Assembly (NCBI RefSeq): GCF_018350175.1
Contig: NC_058368.1
Location: forward strand, 234,238,001-234,302,000
Direction of reading: 5' to 3'
DNA from: Felis catus
Taxonomy: Eukaryota
DNA length: 64,000 nucleotides
Numbering within the stretch: the first letter of the stretch is position 1; every line of letters starts with the position of its first letter. Shown here piece after piece: positions 12,682 to 25,262 of this stretch. Both the position numbers and the translations under genes were made by a program. The notes below the pieces were generated by a model. The model did no database searches. It was not told where the DNA came from and saw nothing but the letters and a program-made list of their open reading frames with translations.

Positions 12682-13622
12682 TCTTACGTGTGTATAGTTT
12701 GTGTAACCTCAAGATTTTTTGAAGAAATTTTTGAATAGCAAAAAATCGTACAGCACATGATTATTCAGCAACCATTAACTAGAAAGTGTTGAACACGTAC
12801 TATGGCTTCGTGATGAGCAAGAACGTTTTCCAGACTTGCGTCAACAAGACGTGCCTCTGGGAAGTCACCAGAGAAGGGTTCCTTCCATGTTATAGCAATA
12901 GATGGTCATCAGAGTCCAGGGAAGTCAATACCAAGTTAAATCAGATTTGCCTTGCGCTTATATCCCTCACTTTACTAAATAAATCCATGTTCCAAAATAT
13001 TGGCATAAAGAAATTATTACAAATCCGCTAAATAAAGTGGGAAGTTTACCATTTACTAAAATAAATTCCTATACAAATTATTTCATAAGTCATAACAGCC
13101 ACTCTCTGCTGTGTGTTTTGTCTGATATGGACTTTTTCAAAACACTTTGGGTGTTCTTAGGAATGAAATATCTAAATTTAGAGGAGAATTTAACCTACAT
13201 TGTCTACCTTTAATTTTTACAACTGCTACACGGAAGAAACAATTTCCAGAGTGTAAAAACAACAACCCAAGTTTTTTATGCTGCCTCTGTTCAGACAGCC
13301 AGTCTTTGAAGCCTGCCTGCCGGGTCACCAGACTCGGCAACCAAGCTGTCCTGGGATAGTGGCGTCCTCTGGAGGCCAGTAAGAGAACTGTCACATTTTA
13401 AGTCCCACATCGCCAGGCTCTTGGAAGTCCTGAGTTATGAGGACAATCATGAAAAGACAGAGACTTTCCTTTCTCTTCTGCTGCTACTCACACCCGTGGT
13501 ATTTTCACCTAAAGAAATAATTTTCTCACACTTTCATGAAAAAGGCTTCCCCTTTTTTTTTTTTTGGTTTTACTATTCTTATCTAAGGAGAATAAATTTT
13601 ATTTGTACTTATGAACAAAATA

Positions 13623-13853
13623 TTTTTTTAATTTTTTTTTAATTTTTTTTTAACGTTTATTTATTTTTGAGACAGAGAGAGACAGAGCATGAACGGGGGA
13701 GGGGCAGAAAGAGAGGGAGACACAGAATCGGAAGCAGGCTCCAGGCTCTGGGCCATCAGCCCAGAGCCCGACGCGGGGCCCGAACTCCCGGACCGCGAGA
13801 TCGTGACCTGGCTGAAGTCGGATGCTTAACCGACTGAGCCACCCAGGAGCCCC
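13623..13853 (-). mobile_element. Young Can-SINE inserted at the tail of the adjacent copy
   Basis: Carries the young-subfamily motif ccatcagcccagagcc; abuts the next SINE. Confidence 0.95.
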
Positions 13854-14065
13854 TTAAATTTTTTAATGTTTATTTATTTTTGAGACAGAGAGACAAAGTG
13901 TGAGTGGGAGAGGGGCAGAGAGAGAGGGAGACAGAGAATCCGAAGCAGGCTCCAGGCTCTGAGCTGTCAGCACAGAGCCCAATGCGGGGCTCAAACTCAC
14001 GAACGGCGAGATCATGACCTGAGCCGAAGTCGGACGCTGAACCGACTGAGCCACCCACGCTCCCC
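13854..14065 (-). mobile_element. Can-SINE
   Basis: Full reverse-complement body. Confidence 0.93.
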
Positions 14066-14269
14066 AAAGGAAGACTCTAATTATGCTTGGGATCTGTATC
14101 AAGGTAACAAAAATGGAGGCATTTGAAATTAAATCAAACAGCATGACTAACTGCTAGCCTTTGATTCTCCCTGCAAAGCCCATTCCCAGAAATTTCCCAA
14201 ATTCCATTTCCTAAGCACCAGGAAGTTGGAGCTTTTTAAGAGGCCATTAAATTGTTGGTTACCTCCTGT

Positions 14270-14690
14270 GTTTGTGCATTAGTTCACTTATCAGTTCCTG
14301 CGGTTGTAGTCACTCTCTAGCACGTGACTGATTCGCAGATCAGTCAGAAGAAGGTAGGTCATGTGGCTGTTGCAAACGGATCTGGAAATCTCCGTGGCTT
14401 TGTGTATAAAGGTTCATTTGTCTCTCTCACAAAGCCCTCTGTGATTTCAGCCACTTTCTGGGGACTCTGACTTCGGTGACTCAGAGATCCAGGTGAACTG
14501 ATTCTTACAGCCGGCACCTGGGTCCCTTGGTTTCCAGCTCACTGCATCAGTGGCAGAGAACCGTAGATCATGCACCTGCTCTTAAGTGCTTTAAAAGTCC
14601 AGAGGTGATGCTTATGATTTGGGACCACTGTCCAGAACTTACCACATGGCCCTACCTAAGGGAGGCTGGGAAATGTGGGTATCCTGTCGA
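14270..14690 (-). mobile_element. Old MLT1 (ERVL-MaLR) LTR relic
   Basis: Resembles MLT1J/K-type sequence (aaatctccgtggcttt...aaggttcatttgtctctc; ggaggctgggaaatgt). Confidence 0.45.
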
Positions 14691-15274
14691 TAGTCACTGA
14701 GCACCACTACATGACATATTGCAAAAATATTTTAAGGTTACTATTTTTGAGGGGGAAGCTCTAACCCAGAATTTCCACCCCACTTGTACACTATCCAGGA
14801 GAAAATGCAGCCTTCATCAGTAGAGTACTGCTGTGTTAGTTCAGTAAATACAAAAGAGAAGGGAGGAGGCAGCTTCCTTCAAAATAAAGTCCTGGAGGAA
14901 TAACGTTAAGCTAGGTACCACGACAAACAGATCAGCTCAGACATTTGGGGCAGACAAGGTGTGACTGAGTAGAGAAGTAACAGGCCGTAATAAGCCAGCA
15001 GGCAAGAATTGGTGGTAATTCTTCATGGACCATACGCAACGTTACACAGTTATGAACGCAGAGGAGAGGAATTAAAAGAGGCTGAGAGCCTGACGCTCAG
15101 CCACTTGTAGGCTCAGTGGAGAAACAGCACCTCCCAGTGATGCTTCCTTGTATATCCTGCAGGACCGCCCGGGCACAGGAGTTCGGATCTCGGCTGTACT
15201 GCGATGGTTAAATCCTAGTGCGTTTCTGGGCGCTTTAAATGGCTTCCAGAAGAACTGGTGAGCTATGAGCTTAC

Positions 15275-15329
15275 ATAACTGTCCACCACGGATGATTTCT
15301 CAAGTAACTTTGGGAGCTGACCAGGGACG
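15275..15329 (-). ncRNA. Candidate 55-nt minus-strand exon
   Basis: Acceptor tttcactgcatctctttttag|C and donor TAT|gtaagc. Confidence 0.3.
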
Positions 15330-16440
15330 CTAAAAAGAGATGCAGTGAAACCACAAAATAATCCACACGGCCGGGATATTCCACAGGGGAGCCAGAAAAA
15401 TAGGGCAGAAGAAGGAAGGTGGGTGATGAGCGAAGGAGGAAAGCATTTGTGAGGATGGACGGCTCAGAAGGAAATCGCTTGTGTGCAGAGCCGACCGGCA
15501 TGACCAAGTTCAAATGTGATGGGGAGATGTGAAGCATGATCTTCTGTAGTTTACCTGAGACACGAAACGAGTCCTAGCTCCTCCCTGCTTGTCATCCCCA
15601 CAGACACGCGTACGTGCACACGGGTGCACACGCGCACACACACACACAAATGAGTGTCAAGGACAAACATCTCTAACTAACCACGGGGTGCAGCGAGGAG
15701 GGAGCCGGGTAAGAAAGGAGAAAAGAAAAGCATCTCCTGATGTCTGGAACGCAGGCTGGCATTCACCACCAGGCACGTCGTTCCCATCAGACCTGATGCG
15801 ACAGAGACCCAACCTCAGACAGGGGTCCTCTGAGACCAAGATGAAGTGAGACAGGGCATGTCCCTTCATAATTTTTGTCTAAGCTCAGACAAAAACAAGG
15901 TCCCCGTGCCGCCCACCGGGCACTAACACCCCTCTCTCAGTCACAGTGAATGGCTGCCACTTCTTCACCAACTCCAGCTTTACCCCCCGCCGCAGTCTAC
16001 CCTCCCTATTCGTACGATGTAGCGAGACACCCGTCATGGAATTTTCCCTGCTCTCTGATGGCCTCCGGGCTGGAGCAAACACCTGCTTTTTTAGATCCTG
16101 TCCCAAATCACATACCCAAAGTCCAAATCTTCTGTCCAGTTCTAACACCCTGCAACTGAGACACCCATCGAGTGTTCTCCTCTGCTTCACGGGCAGTAAA
16201 TCCACGCTGTCAGCTACAGGTGCACTCCTGGTGGCCTCGGCTGGACAGTGCGGACAGGGATGAAGCCATCCCAGCTGGACCGCGATAAACCAGATGAGGT
16301 GCAGGAAGGTGACTGCACAAACGGTAGGGGAGAGAGGAAGGAGGGAGTGGGAGGGAAGAAAGTAAGAAGCAGGGAGTTCATTGTTTCCAGGACGGCTTCT
16401 GCCCAGCTGCCCATTACTCTGTCAGTGCACACCCATGCGT

Positions 16441-16441
<1 letters not shown>

Positions 16442-16471
<30 letters not shown>
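16442..16471. repeat. (CA)n microsatellite
   Basis: Direct read. Confidence 0.95.
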
Positions 16472-16472
<1 letters not shown>

Positions 16473-18345
16473 CCCACGAGGAAGGGAGTGTATTTGGAAA
16501 TAAAGAACTGATTCCTGCTTCTTGTCTGCAGCTCCAGAGTGTGGGCCCCACAGATGCATCCAGCCAGGCTGGGCAGGGGAGAGGGCAGCGAGCAGCTAAG
16601 ATGGGCAGAAGCAGATGTGGCGGCAAATACAAATGAATGGCACGCCGTGAAACCAGTTTCTCTCCATACCATGGGGACAGCACATCAGAGAGCTGGAAAA
16701 CTGCCCCAAGAGGCATCGAAGTGTTGTGGGAGCCCGGTTGTCAGAGTCCAGGGCTCAGGACCTGCTTCTGCTGGAAGAGTGGCCACACCCAAGGGTTCAC
16801 CCCAGTCAGGGAGCTGTGAGAATGGCCCCGATTTGTAACAAACAGGACTGGCCTCTACTCCTGCTGGAGCCAAGGAACGACAGTGTCGGGCCAGTGCCAG
16901 AACCGTGTGGGGTCAGGATCAGCCAGTCCCCGTCGGGACCGTGCCTGGCGCTCAGGCTACCCTCGAGCTGACACCACCTCACTCTGGCCATGTGGTGGTG
17001 AATGTTTGCAAGCTTCGTGGCTCCAAAAGAGAGAGGGGAGGGGAGAGAACCTTCTGTGAAGGGGGACGGCGCTGGGAGAGGGGACTCTGAGGAGCAACTG
17101 GGTGTAACGCAAGGAGCACCCAGAAAAGGCTCGCGATCCTATCAGAAACGACTAGAGCATCTGCAACTCAACAGCAACAGAAACGTCTACAGATACAACA
17201 GAGAAACGGAAAGGGCATGCTACACACGTTTGTCTAACATGAAGGAAGGCAGCGAAGAAGGCTCAGAGGGGCAGAAACACCGTGAGACACACAGGAAAAA
17301 AATGTTGGCCATAACTGCAACCATTTCGATGGATTAAACTCTCCAACCAAAAGGCAGAGGTTGTCAGCGTGATAAGCGAGATCCAACCGTCTCCTGCCCA
17401 CAAGAGATACACGTTAGATTTAAAGATGCAAGTACATTAAAAGCAAAAAGATGAAAACAAAATAATTATTATGAAAACAGTAACCAAAGGGAGCTGGAGA
17501 ATTTTGGGAACATCAGACAAAATGGACTTCAAGACAAGATATGTTAAAAGAGCCAAAAAAGGACATTTCATGAAGATACAAGGATGACTCCATCAGGAAT
17601 ACCTAATGACTAGAAGTGTCTTTGCACTTAATAACAAAGCCCAAAAATACACAAAGCAAAAACTGTCAGATTAAAAGAAATAAGCAATTCAAAATAAAAT
17701 TGGAGACCGTAATACTTCTCTCCACAAATGATTAAAAAAAAAAATCTACACAAAAATTCAGTGAATTATAGAAGAATTGAATAGCACTATCAACCAGCTT
17801 GACGTAACTGACATATTTAGAATGTTCTGGTATATCCAATGCCAGAACACATGTATGAACACACATGAATTAATTTCCAGGATAGACCATATTCTAGGTC
17901 ATGAACAGGAATTTTGAAAGATTGAAACTATATAATGAAATTAGAAATTAGAAATCAACGCAGAAAATGATGTGGGAAGCCCCCAGATTGTTGGAAATTA
18001 AAGCACGCCAAGTCTCCGACAGACCAAAGAAGCACTCACGGGGAAATGAAAGTATCTTGAACAGAAAGAAAATGAGCACAGATGCAAAACTCCTTAAGAA
18101 AATAGATGGCACTAGATGAGAAGGGCTCCATACCATGACCAAGTGGGGTTTATTCCAAGAGGGTGAGAAGTGCCGCGTCTGAAAATCATGACTGTAACAA
18201 ACCACATAAGGAGGATACAGAACAAAACCCACTCGATCATCTCAGTAGATTTTGGGAAATCGTTTGACCAACTCCATCATCCGTGATATAAACTCTCCAA
18301 AGACGAGGAATATAAGAGAGGTTCCCCAGTCTGACAAAGGAAATT

Positions 18346-18585
18346 CAGGGGAACCTTGGTTTGCGAGCACAATGCGTTCTGGAAACACGCGTGTACTCCA
18401 CAGCACTCGAATATCAAAGTGAATTTCAAGAACCATTGGCTCAGTGTGATCATGGGACATTCGGCGTCATGTACTACTCCTACTGGAAGACATCGCTCGT
18501 GTGTCAACTTAAAATTTGTTAGCAATGTTTGCTCATCTTGTGCAACATTCACAGAACAAGTCACTGGCCATCCAAGGTTTTATCA
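18346..18585. mobile_element. TcMar-Tigger-like non-autonomous DNA transposon (MITE)
   Basis: Imperfect terminal inverted repeats (aaccttggtttgcgag ... ctggccatccaaggtt) around a ~240 bp insert that breaks the L1 relic. Confidence 0.6.
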
Positions 18586-18636
18586 CATACAAAAATCTAC
18601 AGCTGACATGACAGCTGATGATAAGACTGTATGCCC

Positions 18637-18764
18637 GGGGCGCCTGGGTGGCTCAGTCGGTTAAGCGTCCGACTCTTGGTTTTGGCTCACGTCGTGATCT
18701 CACGGTTTCGTGGGTTTGAGCCCCCCATTGGGCTCTGTGTTGACAGTGCAAAGCCTGCCTGGGA

Positions 18765-18795
<31 letters not shown>

Positions 18796-18815
18796 AAATA
18801 AATAAATTAATTAAA
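18637..18815 (+). mobile_element. Can-SINE (older subfamily)
   Basis: Head, (CT)n body, aataaataaa tail. Confidence 0.92.
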
Positions 18816-19053
18816 ACTTTTACTTTTCAGGACATATAAGTAAGACAGTAAAAACACAAGCCACAAACGGAGAGAAAGTATTTGCAAATCACGTATCTGA
18901 TAAAGGACTTTTCTCAGACTATATAAAGAACGATCACAACCCAGTAATAAGACAAGAGGTCCAATTTTTTTTAAATGGGCAAAAGACTGGAAAAGACATT
19001 TCACCAAAGACCATGGACACCGTTAGCCACTAGGGAAGTCAACATATTGACTT

Positions 19054-19110
19054 CATATTCCCATTATGAGATACTACATATTCCCATTAGATACTACATA
19101 TTCCCATTAG
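19054..19110. repeat. 20-bp tandem duplication (agatactacatattcccatt), about 2.7 copies
   Basis: Direct read. Confidence 0.9.
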
Positions 19111-20620
19111 AAAGACTGTAATCAAAACGATTAAAACTAGAAGTGTAGCAAGGATGTGGAAAACACGGAGCCCTCATCACTTGCCAGGTGGGATGTAAGG
19201 AAAACAGTTCAGTAGCTTCCTTGAAAGTTATACACACGACACAACCCAGCCACTCTACCCCTAGGTACCTATCTACTCAAAGAAGACACGGACATATGCA
19301 CACAGCGGCAGCATCCGTAACAGCCGGAAACTGGAAACCACCTAACGTCCACCAGGAAGTAAATGAACAAGTGAGGTGCATCCGTACACTGGGGTTCCGC
19401 TCAGAGCTACGGAAACAAACCTCTGACACCTCACACAAGGAGGGAGCTCGCGGCACTATGCTGAGTGAAAGGAGTCAGACACACAGAGCTCAGATGGCAT
19501 GATTCTGGTTATGCGAACGTGGCTAGAGAAAACAAAAACACGGAAACCGAGGGGCCCCAGCTGGCCGCAGCCAGGAGTGCGGGTGGGATACACCGAACTT
19601 TTGGGGGAGATGGAAGTGTCCCAAAACTGGAGTGTGGTGATGGCTGCACAAGGGCGTGTTACTAAAACACCACTGAACTGTGCATTTATGGTGGATGAAT
19701 TGTGTTATGTAAATTATGATTCAATAAGCTGAAAAAATAAACCTGCAGACAATGCTCGTGCAGTCAAGGGTGTGTTATAAAAGGCTTTGAAGACTCATTA
19801 GATGGTTCCTTCTTAAGGAAATTATTGTTATTACTAAACTGGTGTCCAGGAAAGCTGAATGGTCTGTCCCTATCAGTAAATCCATTTGCAAGACGTGCCT
19901 GCATCCTAACGTGTGTCTAGAGGAGGCGTCCGTTCTGTTGCATCTATGGGCCAGCTGGGTCACGAGCCAGCCGCTCAGCCACAGACCTAGACGGGAAGAT
20001 TACGTGTCACAGCTCCCGTGACGGGCAAGGCGGCATCTAAGGTGATCGGTGAGTCTTATTAGCAAAACGCTCTTTTCATCAGGGACTAAAACACGTTTGC
20101 TTGGACATTGTTGTCTGGGCACCGAAAAGGGGCTGCGAAACGCAAGATAAAGAGTATTTGCTCCAACTGTCACCAGGATGGGCCTGATAGCATTGGAGCT
20201 GGGAACAAAGAACAGCCTGTGACAGCAGCCTCCTCTGAGCGTCAGACCAGGCTTCCTGCACAGAACAGTGCCTCCTACTGCACGTGCTTCTAATAACACT
20301 AATGATCACTGAGCGCTTCCTCCCAGAGATTTCAAGCCGTCACATGTAAGTTACAGCCACCGTAGTGAAATCAGGCTCTTCCAAATACTGGAAGATGGAC
20401 GTAGAGGAGTACTGGCACATGTTTAATCACAGACACTGCCAAGGAGAAAAAGGACCTAATTTGTAGCATTTGCTGATGGTCGCGACACAACACCGCCACC
20501 ACGGCCGATTCGAAGCTACTGATGTGATGCCACTGAATACGGAGTTGGAAGGAGATGTTCACAGTGGCTGTGAATGGTGCCAGCACACCTATGCCCAGGG
20601 ACACAGGGACACAGACTCTA

Positions 20621-20852
20621 ATTTTTTTTTTATTATTTTAAAACCTTTACTTTTGAGAGAGAGAGAGAGAGAGAGAGAGAGGCAGAGTGTGAGCAGGGGA
20701 GGGGCAGAGAGAGGGAGAGACGCAGAATCGGAAGCAGGCTCCAGGCTCTGAGCTGTCAGCGTAGAGCCCAACACAGGGCTGAGAGTCACAAACTGCGAGA
20801 TCATGACCTGAGCTGAAGTCAGATCTTAGCCCATTGAGCCACCAGGTGCCCC
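20621..20852 (-). mobile_element. Can-SINE
   Basis: (GA)n body and reverse-complement head. Confidence 0.92.
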
Positions 20853-22263
20853 CAGAAACCTGAGACTTAACTAAGACAGCCAGGCCAGCTAGGGTTGCAC
20901 AATTCAGCCACATCGCTCTTTGCAGACTATGCCCTGAGCGGGCCCAATGTTGAGCTCAACGTCCTGAGACCTAACCAAAGGTTCTCACAGTTCTGAGGTT
21001 CTTGCAGTTGTAAGGTTTTTGAGTTGATCTTGCTACCAGACAGAAGCTCTGTTGTTGGAGAGCCTCACCCAGTTACAAAGGATCCACTAGCCAGGGACTC
21101 TCATTTCTCCAAAGGCGGTACTGAGTTCCACGTCCTCGGGAGCAACCATCTGACAATGGCTAAGGAAGATCATGTTTTGTCTCTGAGCCAGGGGCACATG
21201 GCCAGGGCTTGGCCGGCAGCCAAGGGCGGTGGTAAACAGGTGGGGATTAAATGTAACTGTTGCTGATGCCCAGGATCAGAGATTCACACACTACACACCT
21301 GCTTATTGGTGCCGCAAGGCTTCCAAGCTCCAAGACAGGAAAGATGAGCAAGTTTCAAAGTGAGACGGCTGCTCACACAGGGCGTGGGGTTCACAAAATA
21401 CCCGTCCCCACTCCCCCAGGTCAGTGATGGCTCCCGCTGTCGTGGGGACCCCCAGTTAGGAATCTCGGATCTCTGCACATGAATGAGGGTGGGTCCAGAC
21501 CTCAGACGGGCAGGCATCATCAATGCGCTTTTCCATTAGATTCTCAGGGTGACTCAAAGGCTAGCAATGAGAGACACTATCTCTGCAGAAATGACAGAAA
21601 AAAAACCTCAAAACTTCCAGAGAATGAGGACACTTCATAACTTTGCTGTTCTGGCTTAGCTGTGGGAGCAGAAAAACTAGCCATATTATTACCCTGTAAA
21701 GATGCTTTCAAATATAAAAGACATTTGTAAGCTAGATTTTGATTTTGAGCTTTCTCTAAACCATATGAAGAAAAACTCCCGTCTTAAAATGATCGTTGCC
21801 AGAAAAGGTTCAAAATGGGGACTGGGGGGTTGAAGGGATGGTCGCACTCAACAATTCGGTATTTATGTAACATCTGACATCTGCAAAGTGCTTTGCAACC
21901 AGCTTTTCTTATCTCCACTCACAGGCTGTGCGGGCAGGTCAGCAATGGTCCCTCCTATCTTCTCAGAGAGGGAAGTAGGACAACGTGATCCTTAGATTAG
22001 GATGCCGTAATTCCAAATAAAGCTGACAATAAGTGACAACCATTTCATTCTATTCAGATTGCCACTTTTGAAAGTTGTTAATAGAAGTAAATTTTGTCCA
22101 CTGCGTCAATAGAAGAGTGATAGCGTTTTTCTTCTTATCATATAGGAGCCAGACAATCAAAATTCATATCTAAAAATACCACCACCAACAAAGGTCAAAA
22201 AGAGCTACTGCTTTAATTAGTACTTGGGGACATAGCTTTTGTTATTTAAAAACAGAGAGGGTA

Positions 22264-22487
22264 GGGGCGCCTGGGTGGCGCAGTCGGTTAAGCGTCCGAC
22301 TTCAGCCAGGTCACGATCTCGCGGTCCGTGAGTTCGAGCCCCGCGTCAGGCTCTGGGCTGATGGCTCGGAGCCTGGAGCCTGTTTCCGATTCTGTGTCTC
22401 CCTCTCTCTCTGCCCCTCCCCCGTTCATGCTCTGTCTCTCTCTGTCCCAAAAAAAAATAAATAAACGTTGAAAAAAAAATTAAAAAA
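22264..22487 (+). mobile_element. Young Can-SINE (SINEC_Fc-type)
   Basis: Intact CpGs; TSD aaaaacagagaggg. Confidence 0.97.
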
Positions 22488-22499
22488 AAAAAACAGAGA

Positions 22500-22703
22500 G
22501 GGCACCTTGGACTTTGGCTCAGGTCATGATCTCATTGTTGGTGGGTTTGAGCCCCACATCAGGCTCTGTGCTGACAGCTCAGAGCCTGGAGCCTGCTTCG
22601 GACTCTGTGTCTCCCTCTCTCTCTCTCTGCTCCTCCCCTGCTCGTTCTCTCTCTCTTTCTCTCTCAAAAGTAAATAAACATTAAAAACATAATAAAAAAT
22701 AAA
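22500..22703 (+). mobile_element. Older Can-SINE lacking most of the A-box region
   Basis: gggcacct followed directly by tggactttggctcaggtcatgatc. Confidence 0.88.
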
Positions 22704-23359
22704 AACAGAAATAGAAAGTTGTGTATGCGTGTTCTCCATTCTGGAGAAACAGACTTTAAGGCCACAAACCATAATAAACACAAAAAATGTTTTAACTATC
22801 GCAAGTTACAGAGCAAGCGCATCAGCCAACAAGGAAGTTGTCCAGCTCTCTGTCCTACCAGAGAGCTGAGGGACTAACCAGCAGGAAGGCACTTGTCTTT
22901 GCTACATTAACTGAGCCCCTGCCTTTAGCACCATTGGAGCTCATGCATGGCAAACCAGGCAGGCTTCCTGCTGACAGGGAGGGGAAGGACATCAATCAGT
23001 GACCCAATTTACATCTCATATACATATTTATGAGACCTGGGATAAGCTACACGGTGGTAGGCAACAGAAGAACCTAGTTTAGTCAGATGGACCGTGAAAG
23101 GCATTCCAAGAAAGTGACATTGAGCTGAAATCTAAAGGCTGAGTTAGTGTTAACAGGGAACAAAGGGAGGAGGAGAAGAGCATGTTCCAAGGCCCTGTGG
23201 TGGAGGCTGCATAATTTGCCGCAGTAATTAAAAAGAGGCCAAAGGTCCACAGCTTTGTAACAAAGGGGTGAGGACAGGAGGGAAAGGAGCTCTGATTCCA
23301 GAAGTTGAGAGGCAGTTCTGGGAGCCGATGACAGCCCACAGAGGCCAGGGCTTAGCAGG

Positions 23360-23515
23360 TTGGTCTCTGGAGCTGAGCTCAACTGCCACTTAGTAGCAAG
23401 CACCATTCACAAGTCCCATGGGACCTCTGTGCGGTTCCTCTCCTGTAATCTGGTTTCTGCCTTGCAAGGTTGTTGCAAAGATTCAGTGCTCCCTTGCCTA
23501 TAAAGCACTTTACAC
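23360..23515 (+). mobile_element. MIR fragment
   Basis: ctgccacttagtagc...cctctgtg...ttcctctcctgtaa...ggttgttgcaaagatt...taaagcactt. Confidence 0.55.
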
Positions 23516-24422
23516 ACAATTTGATCATTTTTATTTAAAGCCTTTCACTGACATCCTCTTACCTTTAGGCCACTGTTTCTCAGCCTAGATTCTGTGGGGC
23601 ACTGCCTGGTACCACGCTCCAAGCAAGGGTACCCTGATTAAATGAGTTTGAGAAGCACTGTGCATCGGCAAAGTAAAGAATCCTCTGAAAGTCCCCCAGT
23701 TAAAAAAAAAAAAATTAACTTTCTCAACCAAGAGTGTACAACACGTGATGACCCCATGTCACTCACTTTTTGCTGGAGGCAGTGCTGTCACCTTTAATAA
23801 CCAATGTCCCTAAGTCCACAAAAGTTGCATGGAGAAAATTGAGAGGCACCAGCCAAGATTGATTTTAGACTCTGGCTTGTGCATTTGCAAGGCTGCAGCA
23901 GAGAAATTTCCAGGTTGCCATTTAGAAAACAAACCATTTCAAAGCTCCCATTTATAACCCATTCTTAAGCAATCGTCATTTCTCAGAATCTTTTCCTGAC
24001 CCATAGCTTAAATTCTCAGTTTATTCAGAAGACGGCTTTCAGGGAACAGGTTTGTGTTACTAGAACAATATGACCCTGTTAGTAGCTTCATTTCACCGGA
24101 GGCTCAGTTTTCTCATCTGTATACTCTGGTGTCAGACGAGGTGATCTAAGAGCCCCTTGAACACAAGGATTATCTGATTCTCTGTTAAAATTTTTCCAGG
24201 TTGCATGTGTTATGTTCTTAGGTAATTACTGAGACCAGTCCAGTCTCCATATGAGTGGACAGACACACTTCCATCCACAAATGGACAAAACACTAGTGTG
24301 GTAGGGTCCCCTCCCTAAGGAAAGGGCGGGGGGGGGGGGGAACAAACCTCAAAGCAACCTGGCTATATGCTCATGACCTTGTAACATGAGACCACTTAAC
24401 CAGATTGCATTTTGTGTGTTAC

Positions 24423-24543
24423 CATATACGGGAGACAAAGAAGTAGAAGATATATTTTAAAAAACTATGCCACTTGGTATTCGGGGCTCAGTTCTTCTGG
24501 TACGAACCCAGCTGAGCGGTGTCGGCAGGAATGAAGTTGCTTC
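24423..24543 (-). ncRNA. Candidate 121-nt minus-strand exon
   Basis: Acceptor T13-ccag|G and donor ATG|gtaaca; stop codons in all frames. Confidence 0.3.
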
Positions 24544-24769
24544 CTGGAAAAAAAAAAAAAGCCTTGGGGTCACGACTCTGTGCGAGAATCCTGCTGTACT
24601 AGGTCTTTGACTCCCTGCCTTCCCATTATTTTCTCCATCTCAGCAGCACTGAAGAATTTCACCAAATGCACGATCATGATCACTTTCACAATTTTCTGTG
24701 TCCATTTTTTTAGAAACACATTAAATACAGAGAAGTGTAAGATGTAATACAAAATAAATAAGACATGAA

Positions 24770-24945
24770 AGTATAATGTACAGCCTGGGGAATAGAGTCA
24801 ATAACATTGTGTTAACTTTGCAAGGTGACAGATGGTAACTGACACTGTGGTGACCATTTCACAATGTATACAAGTGTCGAGTTACTATGTTACACACCTG
24901 AAACTAACATAATAGCGTATGCCAATCATACCTCAAAAAATTAAA
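24770..24945 (+). mobile_element. L1MA-like 3' terminal fragment
   Basis: taatgtacagcctggggaatagagtcaataa...ggtgacagatggtaact...acacctgaaactaacataa...cctcaaaaaa. Confidence 0.75.
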
Positions 24946-25039
24946 AACAAAAAAAACCAAAAACAACATGAAGGAAAAGTACCCAAATGTTAACATCTGT
25001 TAAATCATGGATGACCATGCCTGTGTATTTTTCTCCATG

Positions 25040-25262
25040 TTTTTTTTTATTTTTATTTTTAACGTTTATTTATTTTTGAGACAGAGAGAGACAGAGCATG
25101 AACAGGGGAGGGTCAGAGAGAGAGGGAGACACAGAATTCGAAACAGGATCCAGGCTCCGAGCTGTCAGCACAGAGCCCGACGCGGGGCTCGAACCCACGG
25201 ACCGTGAGATCATAACCTGAGCTGAAGTCAGACGCTTAATCAACTGAGCCACCCAGGCGCCC
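25040..25262 (-). mobile_element. Can-SINE
   Basis: Full body; TSD ccatgttttt. Confidence 0.95.

Larger units (their letters stand above)
17100..19740 (+). mobile_element. Ancient L1M relic (ORF2 fragments plus 3' end), interrupted by a Tigger-like MITE and a SINE
   Basis: Decayed EN/RT motifs (ggattaaactctccaaccaaaaggcagaggttgtcag; ataagaccat-like gatagaccatattctaggtc; gaccaagtggggtttattcca; aaatgggcaaaagactgg) and an L1M-type 3' UTR. Confidence 0.8.

Noticed and set aside
13492..13508. 17-nt minus-strand microexon-like segment (tttag|...|gtgagt)
   Set aside because: Too short and too likely by chance to support without RNA data
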